Assembly: GCA_032718475.1 (NCBI GenBank)
Contig: JAUCBJ010006658.1
Span: 1-64,000 of the forward strand
Reading direction: 5' to 3'
Length of the DNA stretch: 64,000 nucleotides
Source: Nemertoderma westbladi
Lineage: Eukaryota > Animalia > Xenacoelomorpha
The notes below the pieces were generated by a model, which worked only from the letters and a program-made list of their open reading frames with translations, searched no databases and had not been told where the DNA came from. The position numbers were made by a program, and so were the translations under genes. This document shows positions 11,491 through 24,102 of this stretch, piece by piece (the stretch's first letter is position 1; each line of letters begins with the position of its first letter).

Positions 11491-13544
11491 CTGCTGCTGC
11501 AATTTTAGGATCAGCTGTTATTTTGCAGTTTTGCGTCGATATGACCCTGCCTGCTGACAGAGTGTTGTATTTTAGTGCATTGAGAGTCCTACCCCCCTCC
11601 GCTCCCCCTATACAGCTATACACCATGCCCTGGAATATAGATAGTTTCTTTATTCAGGTTGAAGGTACCGGCGCAGTGGCGGTACTGGTACGGCTAATGT
11701 CGCGTTACGGCTAAATCTCCCAAAAAATAGTTGTAACGCGACAGTAGCCGTAACGCGACGACACCAAAGGTACCTGCCCCCCCCCCCCCCCCCCCCCCCA
11801 CCACCCGCCCAATATTTTTAGAAATCTTAATAATATTGCTTGAAATTTGAAACAGATATTTTTACCTCCCTTCCCTCCTCCTTAGTGGGTGAGGCATGAA
11901 AGGAATTTATTTTTGCTTTCATTCTTTAACTAGACAGCTAGAAGCGTTTAAAAAAAGGTATATCTCCGTCGATATTGCACCAGTTACAGCGCAGTTATTC
12001 TTCAACATCATACAGTCATAGTGATTTGTTGGTACTGTTAGAAAGCTGGCCATGCAAATGTGTAACACAATCAATCTGAATTTCGTTGAAATATAAGATT
12101 AACTACACACATCCATAGCTATCTTATCTCTGGTGCTGAGCTTTATTCCTCCTTAGTGCTACTAGCCCTCTAAATGATTAAGGTAATAATTGTTCCCAAT
12201 AGATAACGAGCCCATAGCTCTCCGGCCAAGGTAAACTTCTGTTAGTCAGTTAGTTACAGCCTTCGATAATGTATTAGTGACTTTGTGAACCTGGCTGCCT
12301 GGGTTGTCGTGGTTCAAGCCCATCAGCCATGGCCCGGCCAGCCCTGCACAATATACTCTATACTCTCTCTAGCTAGGCTGGCAATAAGGTACATTGGCCA
12401 GGCAACCGCCACCCAATCTCCACTCAGTCTTGTATGCTTGGTTACTACGATGGTTTGCTTTCTTGGTTGACTCCATGCTTTGCCTGTCTACTGTTTGAGT
12501 GCTCAGCTGTATGTGGTGGTTAATTATTATCTTTGCATAGCCGCACTGCAGCCTAGTGGTAATCGTAATGGCAATGGGATGAGTCACTGGCATTTTCAAT
12601 GGTCCTTACTACTTGTAGTCTTTCTTTAGGTGGACATGAGTATTGCTTGTGTTTTTATTCCCTATGGCCTAACCAATCCTTCCAGCCCTTTAAACCTTAC
12701 CCCATACCAAGCTCTAGTATGAAGGTAGATGTAGAATATAGATTTTTTTTACAGGAAGTGGTCACACAGACACAAGCAATAACCATTAAGCGCAATTTTT
12801 CCCCTGGAATTTTGACTTATGCAAGTATTGCAAGTATTCTGGGCGACTACGAGGCTGACCTCTCAGTATTTGTCGCCGTCGCCGTAACAACTAATTTAAT
12901 ACACAGTCGTATAAGCAGACAAATCACAATCACAAATCGTGTGAAATGCTATTCCGCCTCCCTATCCATCCGCAGCCTGGGAAACGGCCCCAAACAGCTG
13001 TTTAGTCTGCAAAGGGCCATCCCGCATTGTTAGCTGAAAAAACAAATAGTAAAAAAATGAACTAATATAAAATAACAATAGAAACAATAGAATAAATGGC
13101 CTGCAGCGAACTTTTTCTCAACGAATTTCAGATATTGTTACATATTTGGAATCCTTGCAAGGCAAGCTTTTTAATGATATGAAAAAAAATACGACTAATG
13201 TGAAGAATGTCCACGATACGGAGGAGGGTGCGATTTCGCAAAAGACACTTTTTTAAAACGCTTATAAAAAGAATTTAAAGGCAAAATCGAAAATTCCGGC
13301 TTCATGGGGTCATCGACGGTAAGTAGAACTAGTGGTGTTTCAAATTTCAAGCAATATGATAAAGATTTGTAGAAAAATCTGGGGGGGGGGGGAGGTCCGT
13401 GTCATCAGAAAATGACACTATATTACGGGTCATGGTATACTGTACGATCTTTCACATGAAACCAACGAAAACTGGTAAAAGTTTCCGAGTCGTCAACTCC
13501 ATTCACACTTTTACTGGGCACTATTTCAAACGAAAGAAGGGCAA

Positions 13545-14886
13545 CCTAACACTCTATGGTTCTTTTCGGGGAATCTCATTGATCTCGATTGCTACAAAGC
13601 TATACAATAGAATTATATTAAATCGCATCAGGGATCCCATTGAGAGACTGCTCCGTGGAAATCAGAAGGGGTTCCGTAAAGGTCGTGGGACCATGGAGCC
13701 CATTTTGGCACTTAGAAGGATAATTGAAGAGTTATCAAAAAAGAAAGACAGGCATCTGGCTGTTATCTTTGTTGACTTCTTCAAGGCCTTTGATTCAGTC
13801 TCTCGCTCACGTATGTTCAGCATACTTTCATTATATGGGATTCCTGATGAAATTATTGCAGCAATCAGATCAGTATACGATGGTTCGACAACATTTGTGT
13901 CTACTGTCACACTTGCACCATTCTTGTTCATAATTTTTGTTGACTATGTTCTACGCATGTCCTTAGATCATCATAATGATGATGGGGTGATGATAACTCC
14001 ACCTACTGGCTCCAGAAGTCGAGGAAATCCTGCCAAGTACCTAACTGATCTAGACTTTGCTGATGACTTAGGAGTACTCTCAGAATCACTAGAGGGAGCC
14101 CAACGGCTCCTCAGCTCATTAGAACATGCTGCTTCTAGTGTTGGTCTTTTTATTAACTCCAGAAAGACCACAATTTTGACAGTTAACTTTGAAAGTCCTC
14201 AGCAAGTCTCTGATCGGATGACCATAAGCTCAAAAGATGGTATGCTTGAGCATGTGGATGACTTCTGTTACCTGGGATCATGGATCCGGAAGTCAGGTGA
14301 GGACCTTCGAATACGTAAGGGAAAGGCATAGCGCATGGGCAGCCTTGAATAGGCTTTCCAGGATTTGGAAGTCACCGAGAATTAATCCCACACTTAAGGT
14401 CCGATTATTTAGAGCAGCAGTAGTTCCAGTACTCCTCTATGGGAGTCCATGCTGGGCTCTAACTGCTGAGGACACCAAATCTCTGGATGGCACATTCACA
14501 AGAATGCTACGCCGGGTTCATTGTGTCAAGTACAATGCACACATCTCCAACCAGACACTATATAACATTGGAGGTGTCTCATTGGTTCCCCCAAGCTTGA
14601 CACTAGAACAAAATCGCCTCCGCTTTGCAGGACATTGCTTTCGCCGTGAGGACCAGCCAGTGCATAATCTTGTACTTTGGCAGCCTCATGGAGTGAATAA
14701 GCATGGTGGACAGCCCATGACTTTCTTGAGACTCATCTTAAAGGACACTGGCCTTGAAAATGCGGATGATCTAGCAAATGTCATGGGTGATAGGGAGTTG
14801 TGGCTGTGCAATTTTGTCGATAAGCCGGCACAGCATTCTTAAAAATGCAGCTGCAATGCAGCATGCCGATCCTAGTAGTAGTAGTA
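13545..14886 (+). mobile_element. 5'-truncated RTE-clade LINE (RT to 3' end) with a frameshift and an in-frame deletion
   Basis: FRGISLISIATKLYNRIILNRI, QKGFR, FVDFFKAFDSV, LDFADD, YLGSWI; frameshift near 14330; the GVLQG motif is missing before TLAPFLF; tail TAGTAGTAGTAG. Confidence 0.92.
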
Positions 14887-17800
14887 TTTCAAACGAGCTG
14901 AGTTTTTAATAAACTCAAAATTATTATTAATAAGGAATTATTTCAATTTTCAACACACAAAAAAATCATACTATCGTTATACCACAGTAACAGTTTAAAG
15001 GGAAGTGTATTTTGTGTAATTTATAACTTCCGAAAGGTGCTGAAAAGCGATTGGGACAAAGGTAAAACTGCTAGTCACATTGCGGTGTAGTGTAATAATA
15101 TTTGGCGGCAACACACACTAATATTACTTTGATTACTTTAATGTATATTTCAAAGAATTTATCATGCATGCATCTTGCTTCTCTAATGTGCGGCGGGCCT
15201 TAGATAGCAAAAATACAGTAATAGTAAAGAAAATATTTTCTCCAGAAGTAATATCATTAATGGTAGTTAGAAATATTACTGATAAATCCACTTGCTGTCA
15301 GTTTAATACATATTTAGTGACTTTTCCTCACAACTACTGTACTCGCAATCAGTATGATATTGGTTGCATATGGCAATTACAAACTAACATTCGAATGGGT
15401 TTTATAGTGTCATATTACAACCTATTTTTCCATAATTATTTCTATATTGTAATAAATAATATTTCAATTTTCAAATAATAATGTGGCCCATTTAATGAAT
15501 AAACTATTATTCGCTGCGCTGCTGTGTGTTGCCAATATAACAATAGGGCTGCCTATACACAATTTTAAGGTAGTGAGGGAAAAAACACTGTCCCACAAAT
15601 GGCCCTCTTTTCAACACAAAGTGTTTGTCGGCATCGGCATCTGTGTCTGCACCTCTGTCGGCACTTGTATTGGCAGCTCTTAGCCTCTGTCGGGATCTGT
15701 GTAAGCACCTCTTTCGGTACCTGTGTCATCAGAACGACTACGCCCACCAGAACCACGCAGTAACTGCAACTGGCAAAGACTGCCCTGGCTATGTATCAAT
15801 AAACAATAAGTGATAAGTACTGTACCTACCGTCAACTGGGTTTATATACAACAGTCAATAAGTCTGTCTACACTCTGCATGAATCTCAAGGGATACAGAA
15901 TACTATATTTCAGCGTTTCTCTAAAATATTTAATATTGCAATCACTGTGTTCAAATATTCGCATCGCAACTATGCATCAATCTGGCACACACGCATAAAA
16001 ATATTTTTACAGAGGTTTTTTGCTATTCAGCCCAGCCAAGCAAGAAGCAACTTAAGCAAGGCCATCTACGAAAGGCAATATGTGATTATATTGATGTAGA
16101 TATATAAACCGCCACTAATAGAGACCAAAGGCCAACTAGTCCATGTCCAAGAATTAATTTAGGGAGCCAGCCCATCCTTCCTTCGTATACATACACTGAT
16201 ACAGTTATGGTACCAGTCACCAGTACTGTATAAGTTAAGGAAACCCCAGGCTCAGCCACAGGCCACAGAGCTGGAGGGCAGGAGGAGGCCTTTACATAGA
16301 TTAATTACACTGTGGCTCTGGCACACAAACCCAACTACAGAACTATTGTATTATCCACAGGGCAAGCCCGAGTTAGCAAGAAGTCAATATTTGGTTATTA
16401 GTAATACCTACTTACTGGACACTGGGCAGTTGCTAGCTAGCCTGGCTTGGGCCTGTGCGTGTCTCTGCTGCTCTGTCTGTGCTACTGTGCATGCACCTCC
16501 CATCCCCCAGCCACCGCACCAGCCTGCCTAACTAAATGAATTCATAGACTTTCCTGTCACTCATCCCAGTTGTTGAGCTACCTCAAAGCCAGGCCGCCTT
16601 TACACTATTATTCCTACCTACGAAAACTACTGTGCAGCGAAATCTCGCTGTAAATTGTTTTTGTTGTGTTTATTCGAAAACGCAACATGCAAACAAAACG
16701 TCCAACATACAAATAACGTAGTTTTTTACAGGCTTTCTGATGGTGTAATTTTTGTACTGCAATAGTTTTTGTATCATATGCATATTTTTATTTTAAATTT
16801 TGAAAGGGATTTGTTAGTGATATTTTTAATTTGTGCAGCGAGATTTGGTTGCACGTGCAGCGAAATCTCGCTGAGAATACCCAACTGCAGTCTATCATTG
16901 CCAGTGCTGCAGTGCTCCACCGGCTACGCCGGCGCAGCACATATCACATATCTGCGCCGACCCTTCCGGCTCATTGCCCGGCGTAGCACATTTCTGCGCC
17001 AGCTCCCGGCGCAAGTTCTAGTGCTTCGCCGAAAGTGTTCGGCGTACATGTAAAACTTTTCAATAGCAGAATAGGGCCGGTAGGCCTAATTCGTAGGACC
17101 GGTGCTATCCAGCTATCTGGCTATACTGCTATAGCTGTATAGCTATAGGCCTACTGCAGTAAGCCACTCCCGGTGCAAGATTTTTCATCCGGCAGGGATT
17201 TGTACTCTCTACTGCAGTAGCCTACTGCAGTACTGGCACTGCCTGACTGACACACTGACAGTCCGTGACTTATTCGTTATTCTAGGCCTACTGCAGTACT
17301 GTCACCTACTGGCAGGGGCAGATTGCTGGATTGGACTGGCTACTGACTGACAGTGCAGTGTAGGTGCAGCTGCAGCTGTGGTAGGCCTACCGCACTAGCG
17401 TACTGCGGTAGGCCTAGGCAACTACTGCTGACTAGAATCACCATACTGCCATAACTGATAAACTGAGGTGTTGACTCCCTACTACTGCAGTACTGTCTGA
17501 CTACTGGCCTACTACTGTCTGACTGTACTAGGCACAGTACCTCCCTCGTACCGGTACTTCTTAAAATAAAGGCGCTCAAATGATTGACCAATAGAATTGA
17601 AGTTTTACAAATAATAGTGTATAGGGATAGGGAATAGGCCCTACACGTTTCTCATCGCCTAAATAACTTATCAATAATAATCATCACCAATGATAAACTA
17701 GTTTATAACCAAATTAACTCACTCTATACTCTGATACTGCTACACCAGAATAACTTATAGGGCCTAGTATCATCTGAATAACTTACTCTACAACTATAAC

Positions 17801-18656
17801 ATTATATAGGTACAGTAACTACTCCTACAACCTAAACGTGGCAAGTATCAATAATAACGCACAGGTTACAGTAGTTGCAGACCAAACCCTAATTAAAACT
17901 ATCATTAACACTAAGTCGTAATATCTAATTAATTTAAAGGACTATTTTCATTGTCGGTACGATGGCATTAATAATGTCCATTAAAATTCCACTAAATTTG
18001 TAGATATGCTTTAGGGTTACTGGGTTAGGGTTAAATGACAGTTTTACTTAACGTTTGGTTCTAATCAACTAACTGTACCGGTAGCAAAAATCGAATCCTA
18101 ACAGAAAACTAAACCAACGCCTATTCAGGCGTATCCATATCCGGTACCTAAACGTAAATTAAGATTATGTTAGTGAGAAAAAAGTCCAGTTGGTGAAAAT
18201 GAAGAACAATTTGTGATAAACAAGTCACTTTACAAAATATTTGGATTTGGTGAAAAAAGAAGTCAATTAATGTTGGAGAAAAATACGTAGTCGCAGTAAA
18301 GCTTGCGCTTGCACCATATGTAGAACATTTAGCCTTTGATTGTTAAAAAGTGTATGGATGTTAATTGACAAAGTATCTTTTTAAATTAACAAAGTTGATT
18401 TATTCAAATAGATAGTCGTATTCACAAGATACTTGTTTAAAACTATTTGATAAGATAAAACTAAATAATATGACAAAATATCCTAAATAAATTGACAAAA
18501 TAATCTAATCGTTCCAGTTGACTAATTCTATCTCAACAAATCAACAAGATTTTTTCTAAGAGTGTACCTACTTGTATTGCATGCATATATGTTCTTTAGG
18601 TAAGTAGATGCATTTACTAATATGGTGAATAATATAATAATAGTGTGAATACAGTA

Positions 18657-19268
18657 AACACGTTCGCGGGGACTTCGCGCAGCACGTAGTCGGCAAGCCT
18701 TGGCATACGGTTCATATAGAGCAAATGGGGCATGTCTAGTTTGGACCCAATATCCCATGCTATAAATGTATTCATTCGATATACAATCATATGTTAATCC
18801 GCTAGGTGGTGTCAAATTGTTATTCTGCAATTTCGTACTTACCAGTGCAGCACTGTACAGCAGTACCGTACCGGTAGGCCTATGTCATTACTTCTGAGTC
18901 TCTAGCGGATCCCCAATTAAATGTCTTAACTTTTCAATTTCGTAAAAGATAGAGTTCATGATTCTCTACAGGCCACCAAAATTTCAGCTCAGGAAAATGA
19001 GGCCTTCCCGAGAAATTTAACATTTTCTAAAAACCACATAATCTGTCGTAGCTGACGTCAGACTGCATTATTTTTCACCAAACTTTACAAACTTTCTAAA
19101 CTTTCTCTCTACTACTTACCTACTAAGTTTGGTTCAATTCCGAACCAGCGATGCAGAGAAATTCGCGTTCAAACATTTACCAGACAGACAGACAGACAGA
19201 CGGACATGCCCCATTTGCCCTATATGAACCGTATGCCAAGGCTCGCCGACTACGTGTCTCGCCCCACA
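18657..19268 (-). mobile_element. Non-autonomous Helentron/DINE-1-like element, copy 1
   Basis: Ends AACACG..GGGGACTTCGCGCAGCACG and CGTGTCTCGCCCCACA; ~54-bp subterminal inverted repeat (18683-18736 / 19203-19256); (CAGA)n next to one end; no TSD. Confidence 0.7.
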
Positions 19269-19489
19269 TTATACTGTAATATGCAACTTTACTCAAATCC
19301 TATAATATAATAATACACAATAAGATGGCAGTGTGAGTCAGAATAATACTGACAAATATAGTGTAAGTAACCAATCAGAAGCAATATATTATAACACCAT
19401 AGGCAGGTATTGTGTTGTTGGGCAGTGTGTCTACTGTAATATCCATCCACATGGGGAATGTATCATGGCGTCTGTCTGGCACATTGTAG

Positions 19490-19783
19490 AACTACAATAT
19501 GAACGTTATTTCACTTAAAAATAACGTTGAAAATTAACGTTTATAATTAAACTCGGAATTAACGTTGCTATCGAACGTCATCACACATTGAGAGATCAAT
19601 GAAAATTAACGTTCGAATTTTACGCTGAATTAACGATTATGATTGGTTTATTTTAAACATGTAATTTTTCTAGCATAGTGGAACGTTAATCAAACGTTGA
19701 ACAATATGTTATTTATTCATGTGATTTTCCAACTTAATCCACACCTATATTAACGTAAATTTGACGTACCATGTTTGCAGGGT
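19490..19783. mobile_element. End of a non-autonomous DNA transposon with a CCCTGCAAACA terminus and AACGTT-rich subterminal repeats (EnSpm-like)
   Basis: ...CATGTTTGCAGGG at 19771-19783; the same terminus opens 35337 in the opposite orientation. Confidence 0.5.
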
Positions 19784-19969
19784 AAATCACTAAACCCAAA
19801 CGTAAAAATTACGTTGGATTTTAACATAGATTTTAACGTTATTTTGAAACGTCTGACATTGGTTAAATAGAAACATTTTTGTATAGAAAATTTTAATGTA
19901 CAGTAATTTAGTCACGTTAATATTTATTACACCAGGTCCATTCAGTGTCATGCAACTATCACTCAAGAT

Positions 19970-20560
19970 GTACCTTGGGGTCTTACTTTTGTACCTGGGA
20001 GGGGGGGGGGCGGGGTCTTACTTTTTTACCTGGGGGGGGGGGGGGGGGGGCTCTTCCTTTTGTACTAGGGGGTCTTACTTTTGTTCCTGAGGAGTCTTAC
20101 TTTTGTACTTGGAGGGGTCATACTTTTGTACCAGGGGGGTCTTACTTTTGTACCAGGAGGGGTCATACTTTTGTACCAGGGGGGTTTTACTTTTCTACCA
20201 GGGGGACTTAATTTTGTACCTGGGGGTCTTACACTACTTTTGTACCTGGGGTGTCTTACATTTGTTATTTGTACCTGAGGGGGGGGGGTCTTACTTTTGT
20301 ACCAGGGGGGTCTTACTTTTGTACCTGGAGGGGTCATACTTTTGTACCTGTGAGGTCTTACTTTTGTACCTGGAGGGTTCATACTTTTGTACCAAGGGGG
20401 GTCTTACTTTTGTATCTGGGAGGTCTTACTTTTGTACTTGGAAGGGTCATTCATTTGTACCATGGGGGTCTTACTTTTGTACCTGGAGAAGTCTTACTTT
20501 CGTACCATGGGGATTACTTTTGTACCAGGACGGGGAAGGGGGGGTCTTACTTTTGTGGGG
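19970..20560. repeat. ~21-nt minisatellite GGGGGTCTTACTTTTGTACC(T/A), copy A
   Basis: More than 20 tandem degenerate units; duplicated at 35890-36485. Confidence 0.92.
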
Positions 20561-20809
20561 TCTTTGGTCTTAAGGTGTTGGTTATTAGGTCTTTAATTTG
20601 TACTCCCATAACATAACTACTGTAACTGCAATATTAATTGCATGTTACAAGTTCTTCAATATATTATTATGATGTGCAATATTATTGAATTTATAACGAT
20701 GCAATATTAAATATTTTCGTTTTCGAAACATATCTAAAATATCTGCTGTAAATCAATCCTGTCTATCCACAATATTACTGTACAATTCTGCGTTCACTCT
20801 TATAACACC

Positions 20810-21400
20810 TTTAGACGAGATAGACCTGAACGCGATGGAGGTGGTATAGTCATATATGTGCATGATAGACTGAACTTCATCGAGCTCGAGTCATCGAAGT
20901 CCACACAGTCCGAGATGTTATTTGGAGAATTATTTCTCCCAGATACCAAGCCTTTGCTTATTGGAGCGGTTTACAGGCCTGAGGCAGACACACTGCTGTT
21001 TGAGAACCTAGAAACATGTCTAGATTTCTCAAGATATAATGAAGTTATTATAATGGGCGACACTAACATTGACATGACTCCTGTTGTAAATTCTAAAACA
21101 ATGTCACTCAATAAATATCCATTAACTACCCCCGATATCGATACTGAGCTAAAGAAACTACTGTCATTCACAGGCTCTCCCATGGAATGAACCAACTCAT
21201 AATGGAACCAACCCGCGTCACATCGAATACGGCAACCATCATCAATCATGTGTTTGTTTCAAACTGCAGCATGATCAATAACTACGGTGTAGTCAAAGAG
21301 AAAATAAGTGATCACTACATGGTCTATGCAACTCGTAAAAGAAGGAAACTACTGCCTAGTACACCTATATCCACAAAATGTAGAGCCTACTGTATAAAGC
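20810..21400 (+). pseudogene. CR1/L2-group endonuclease fragment, copy A (copy B ~36730-37320)
   Basis: FRRDRPERDGGGIVIYV, IGAVYRP, IIMGDTNID, NQLIMEPTRVT, INHVFV, ISDHYMVY. Confidence 0.85.
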
Positions 21401-21499
21401 ATACTCACAGGATAAACTTGTCGCTGAACTACACTAGTTTAATGTGATTCCATAAAACAGATAACGAAGATAAAGAAGAGGAAATTAAACTTTCACAGC

Positions 21500-21920
21500 A
21501 ATGGCCCTCTCTACACGCTGGATTTCGATGGGCATGATAAATTTTGTGGCTATCAGAATATTACTTTTCCGCTAGGTAGGCCTATGTACGGATGTTTAGA
21601 TACATTTTCGAGGAAAACCCTATTGTGTAGAGTTATTTATTCCAACTCCAATCCCCATGTTGTTGGGAATTTATATTTTAAGGCCTTCCGGTTTTCGTCC
21701 GTTTCGACAGAGGTACGGAAACGGGAAAAGCTGCCACATTACATGCAGCTTTATTATCATCAGAGTTGGTATTTTCGACGATCCAACTGATGGCGTAATT
21801 TACGGCCCATCCACAAATAATAAAATTGAAAGATGGTGGAGAGAATTAACGGAGCGATTGGAGCCTGTTTTCAAGGTGCAACTGAATGATCTATTACGCT
21901 GAAACCTCTACGACCACCTC
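21500..21920 (+). pseudogene. IS3EU-like DDE (integrase-core) transposase fragment, copy A (copy B ~37420-37840)
   Basis: Across frameshifts: DGHDK, YGCLDTFSRK, SNSNPHVV, RFDRGTENGK, IYGPSTNNKIERWWREL, the D..D..E pattern of eukaryotic IS3-like transposases. Confidence 0.7.
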
Positions 21921-22072
21921 CGATAAACTGATTATACATATATTTTAATTAAATTAATTTATAATTATTAATTATTAGTTTATTAGTATTATATTATATG
22001 CGTTAATCCATAGTTCAATAAACAGTACTAGATCCAGCATCCATCGGTATCCATCTGTACTAAAACAGCTAT

Positions 22073-23703
22073 ACACGGTCGTGGGGCCTTCGCGCAGCAC
22101 GAGGCCCAGTTATGAGATACAAATTAAAATTGTGCGACTGTATCACAAAATCAGGTTATGAGATATTAACCCACACCTCCAATTAATCAAAGAAAGGGGG
22201 ACAGTACGTGTTCACCCCTTTTAATCTGCACCCCCCCCCCCCCCCTCCCCCCACCCACCAATACATAACCGCGACATCTACCACCCACGGAAGGGTAGCA
22301 CGAACTTATTTCCAATCGCACGTTAAATATGCAAAGCCAGGTGGTTTATAGGAATATAATAAACGCAGTACTCGTTTTCATTATAAGCCTCTTTGCGTTC
22401 GTCCTGTTTTGTATTTAAATATATTTCTTAAACGCAGGCTAGGACGATCTTTATAATAATAATAACTAGGGATGCGATCAATATGTGAAGCCAGGTGGTT
22501 TATATAACAATTTAGTCAACGCAGTACTCGTCTTCATTATATGCCTCGTTGCGCTCGTCGCTTGTCCTGTTTTGTCATAAAATATTTTTCCTAAACGCAG
22601 ACTGACGATCTTTATACAGTTATAAGTATGCGAAGTTTCGAAACTGTGCGAGTAACTGTTGATACATCTATGTGGAGATGTGTGATATGTGGAGATGTGT
22701 GATACAACGCCAACGCATCTTATGCCGATGTAGTAATATGGGTATTGAAATAATATTAAATCAATGTACACTCTTAAAGCTGCAGCGAAAAAATGTAGCT
22801 AATTTCCTAGGTTACATATAAAATAATAATATTATTTTTAAGAACATTAATTTTACTACTTTGCAAAAATTCAATTAAAAAATAACCAGACATATACATT
22901 GTGGAATAAACTATTTCAGAAGCCTACACAACAGCCATGCCATGGATTGTATTTATGTTATTATATCAGTCATTTACCTGAGATAGCAATACAACACTTA
23001 TAGTAGAGTCAATACAGGAAGGATGTTGGATTTCAAGAATGATGTCTGGGCTGGAATAGCAATACTGGTTGCCTATTACAGTACAATTCCTCTCTGGTTA
23101 GTCTACAGCCACAACTCCAAGCCAGCTAGCTCCACACCAGCAGAGACTTGACCAATAATCATTCCCAGCAAATAGCTGCCTTACACACACATCCTTCCAT
23201 CGTACCAGCATGTTAGCCAATAAATGAGCAGTATTTAATGAAAATCAATTTTTTATGACGTTTTAATTACTTTAGATCAATTAAAGACACAATTAATAAA
23301 GCAAATCACTTGAACTAATTAAAAATTATAATAGAATGGCGTATGTGGATTACATCTGTATAATTTTTAAGTATAATTATTTAAATCTTATACTGTAAAA
23401 CAATTAATTTCCTTTAAAAGGCAGGTTGAAAATGGTGTTTTTACCGTAATCAACTTAATTAACTAATTAACTGCTATTATCTTAGCTTCTCGAAGGCCAC
23501 ACGGAAATTCTACTTGGAAAATTTCTAAACTTTTGCCAAACAACATGTGTACCAAGTTTGGATAGATTTCATCAAAGATTGGCTGAGTTATTAACGTTTA
23601 AAATTGGACGCGACAGAACGACAGAACGACAGAACGACAGAACGACAGGTTGATTAATGGTACCACTACGCTAAGGCTCACTCACTTCGTGGCTCGCCCC
23701 ACA
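22073..23703 (-). mobile_element. Non-autonomous Helentron/DINE-1-like element, copy 2 (1.63 kb)
   Basis: Same termini (ACACGG..GTGGGGCCTTCGCGCAGCACG / CTTCGTGGCTCGCCCCACA); (GACAGAAC)n near one end; absent from the duplicate at ~38020 (empty site). Confidence 0.8.
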
Positions 23704-23734
23704 GTATAATTATGGCAAGTATGCACCCGAGGGC

Positions 23735-23845
23735 AGGGTTGGGCGCTACGCTACTCCTATCCCAAGATTTGCTCCCAGTAATTTAACTCATTTTATCGAC
23801 CCCAGTAGATTGAAAGTCTGAGTGGACCCTGGCGGGGCTTAACCC
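23735..23845 (-). mobile_element. tRNA-derived SINE fragment with conserved central domain (duplicate ~38055-38165)
   Basis: Minus strand reads GGGTTAAGCCCCGCC (degenerate B box) then GGTCCACTCAGACTTTCAATC..GGGGTCGATAAAATGAGT, a motif shared by widespread metazoan SINEs. Confidence 0.5.
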
Positions 23846-23894
23846 AAAAACAATAGAGCTACCCCGCCTAAAACGGAAAAAACGGGAAAAACGT

Positions 23895-24035
23895 TAAAAC
23901 AGATAAACATTGTGTTAAAACAGATAAACATTGTGTTAAAACAGATAAACATTGTGTTAAAACAGATAAAACATTGTGTTAAAACAGATAAAATTGTGTT
24001 AAAACAGATAAAACATTGTTTTAAAACCGATAAAT
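23895..24035. repeat. 21-22-nt minisatellite AAAACAGATAAACATTGTGTT
   Basis: About six tandem units here and about four at 38208-38305. Confidence 0.85.
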
Positions 24036-24102
24036 ATCAAATTAGTAAAAAGAACTAATAATAAAACTTTTAATATCAATATCAATTAATTCTATGAGAC
24101 TC

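Larger units (their letters stand above)
9080..16887. repeat. Pair of 31-bp perfect inverted repeats (9080-9110 and 16857-16887), probable DNA-transposon ends
   Basis: CAGTTGGGTATTCTCAGCGAGATTTCGCTGC and its exact reverse complement; imperfect extension to ~53 bp; subterminal AAATCTCGCTG repeats; no TSD seen. Confidence 0.6.

Noticed and set aside
10949-11714. Several overlapping Gly/Cys/Pro-rich ORFs
   Set aside because: They are translations of a stop-poor minisatellite and are open in several frames on both strands.
13399-13545. N-terminal part of the 310-aa ORF
   Set aside because: Flanking DNA read in frame with a 5'-truncated RTE; no RT similarity before FRGISL.
15483-15813. Short ORFs with a signal-peptide-like or Cys/Arg-rich look
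   Set aside because: Low-complexity sequence, non-ATG starts, no recognisable domain or convincing splice pattern; a small exon cannot be excluded.
18010-18035. TTAGGG-like motifs
   Set aside because: Only two or three degenerate units; not a telomeric array.
19945-20616. Repetitive ORFs and a CRISPR-like periodicity (also 35867-36539)
   Set aside because: Units are directly adjacent with no unique spacers, there are no cas genes and the context is eukaryotic.
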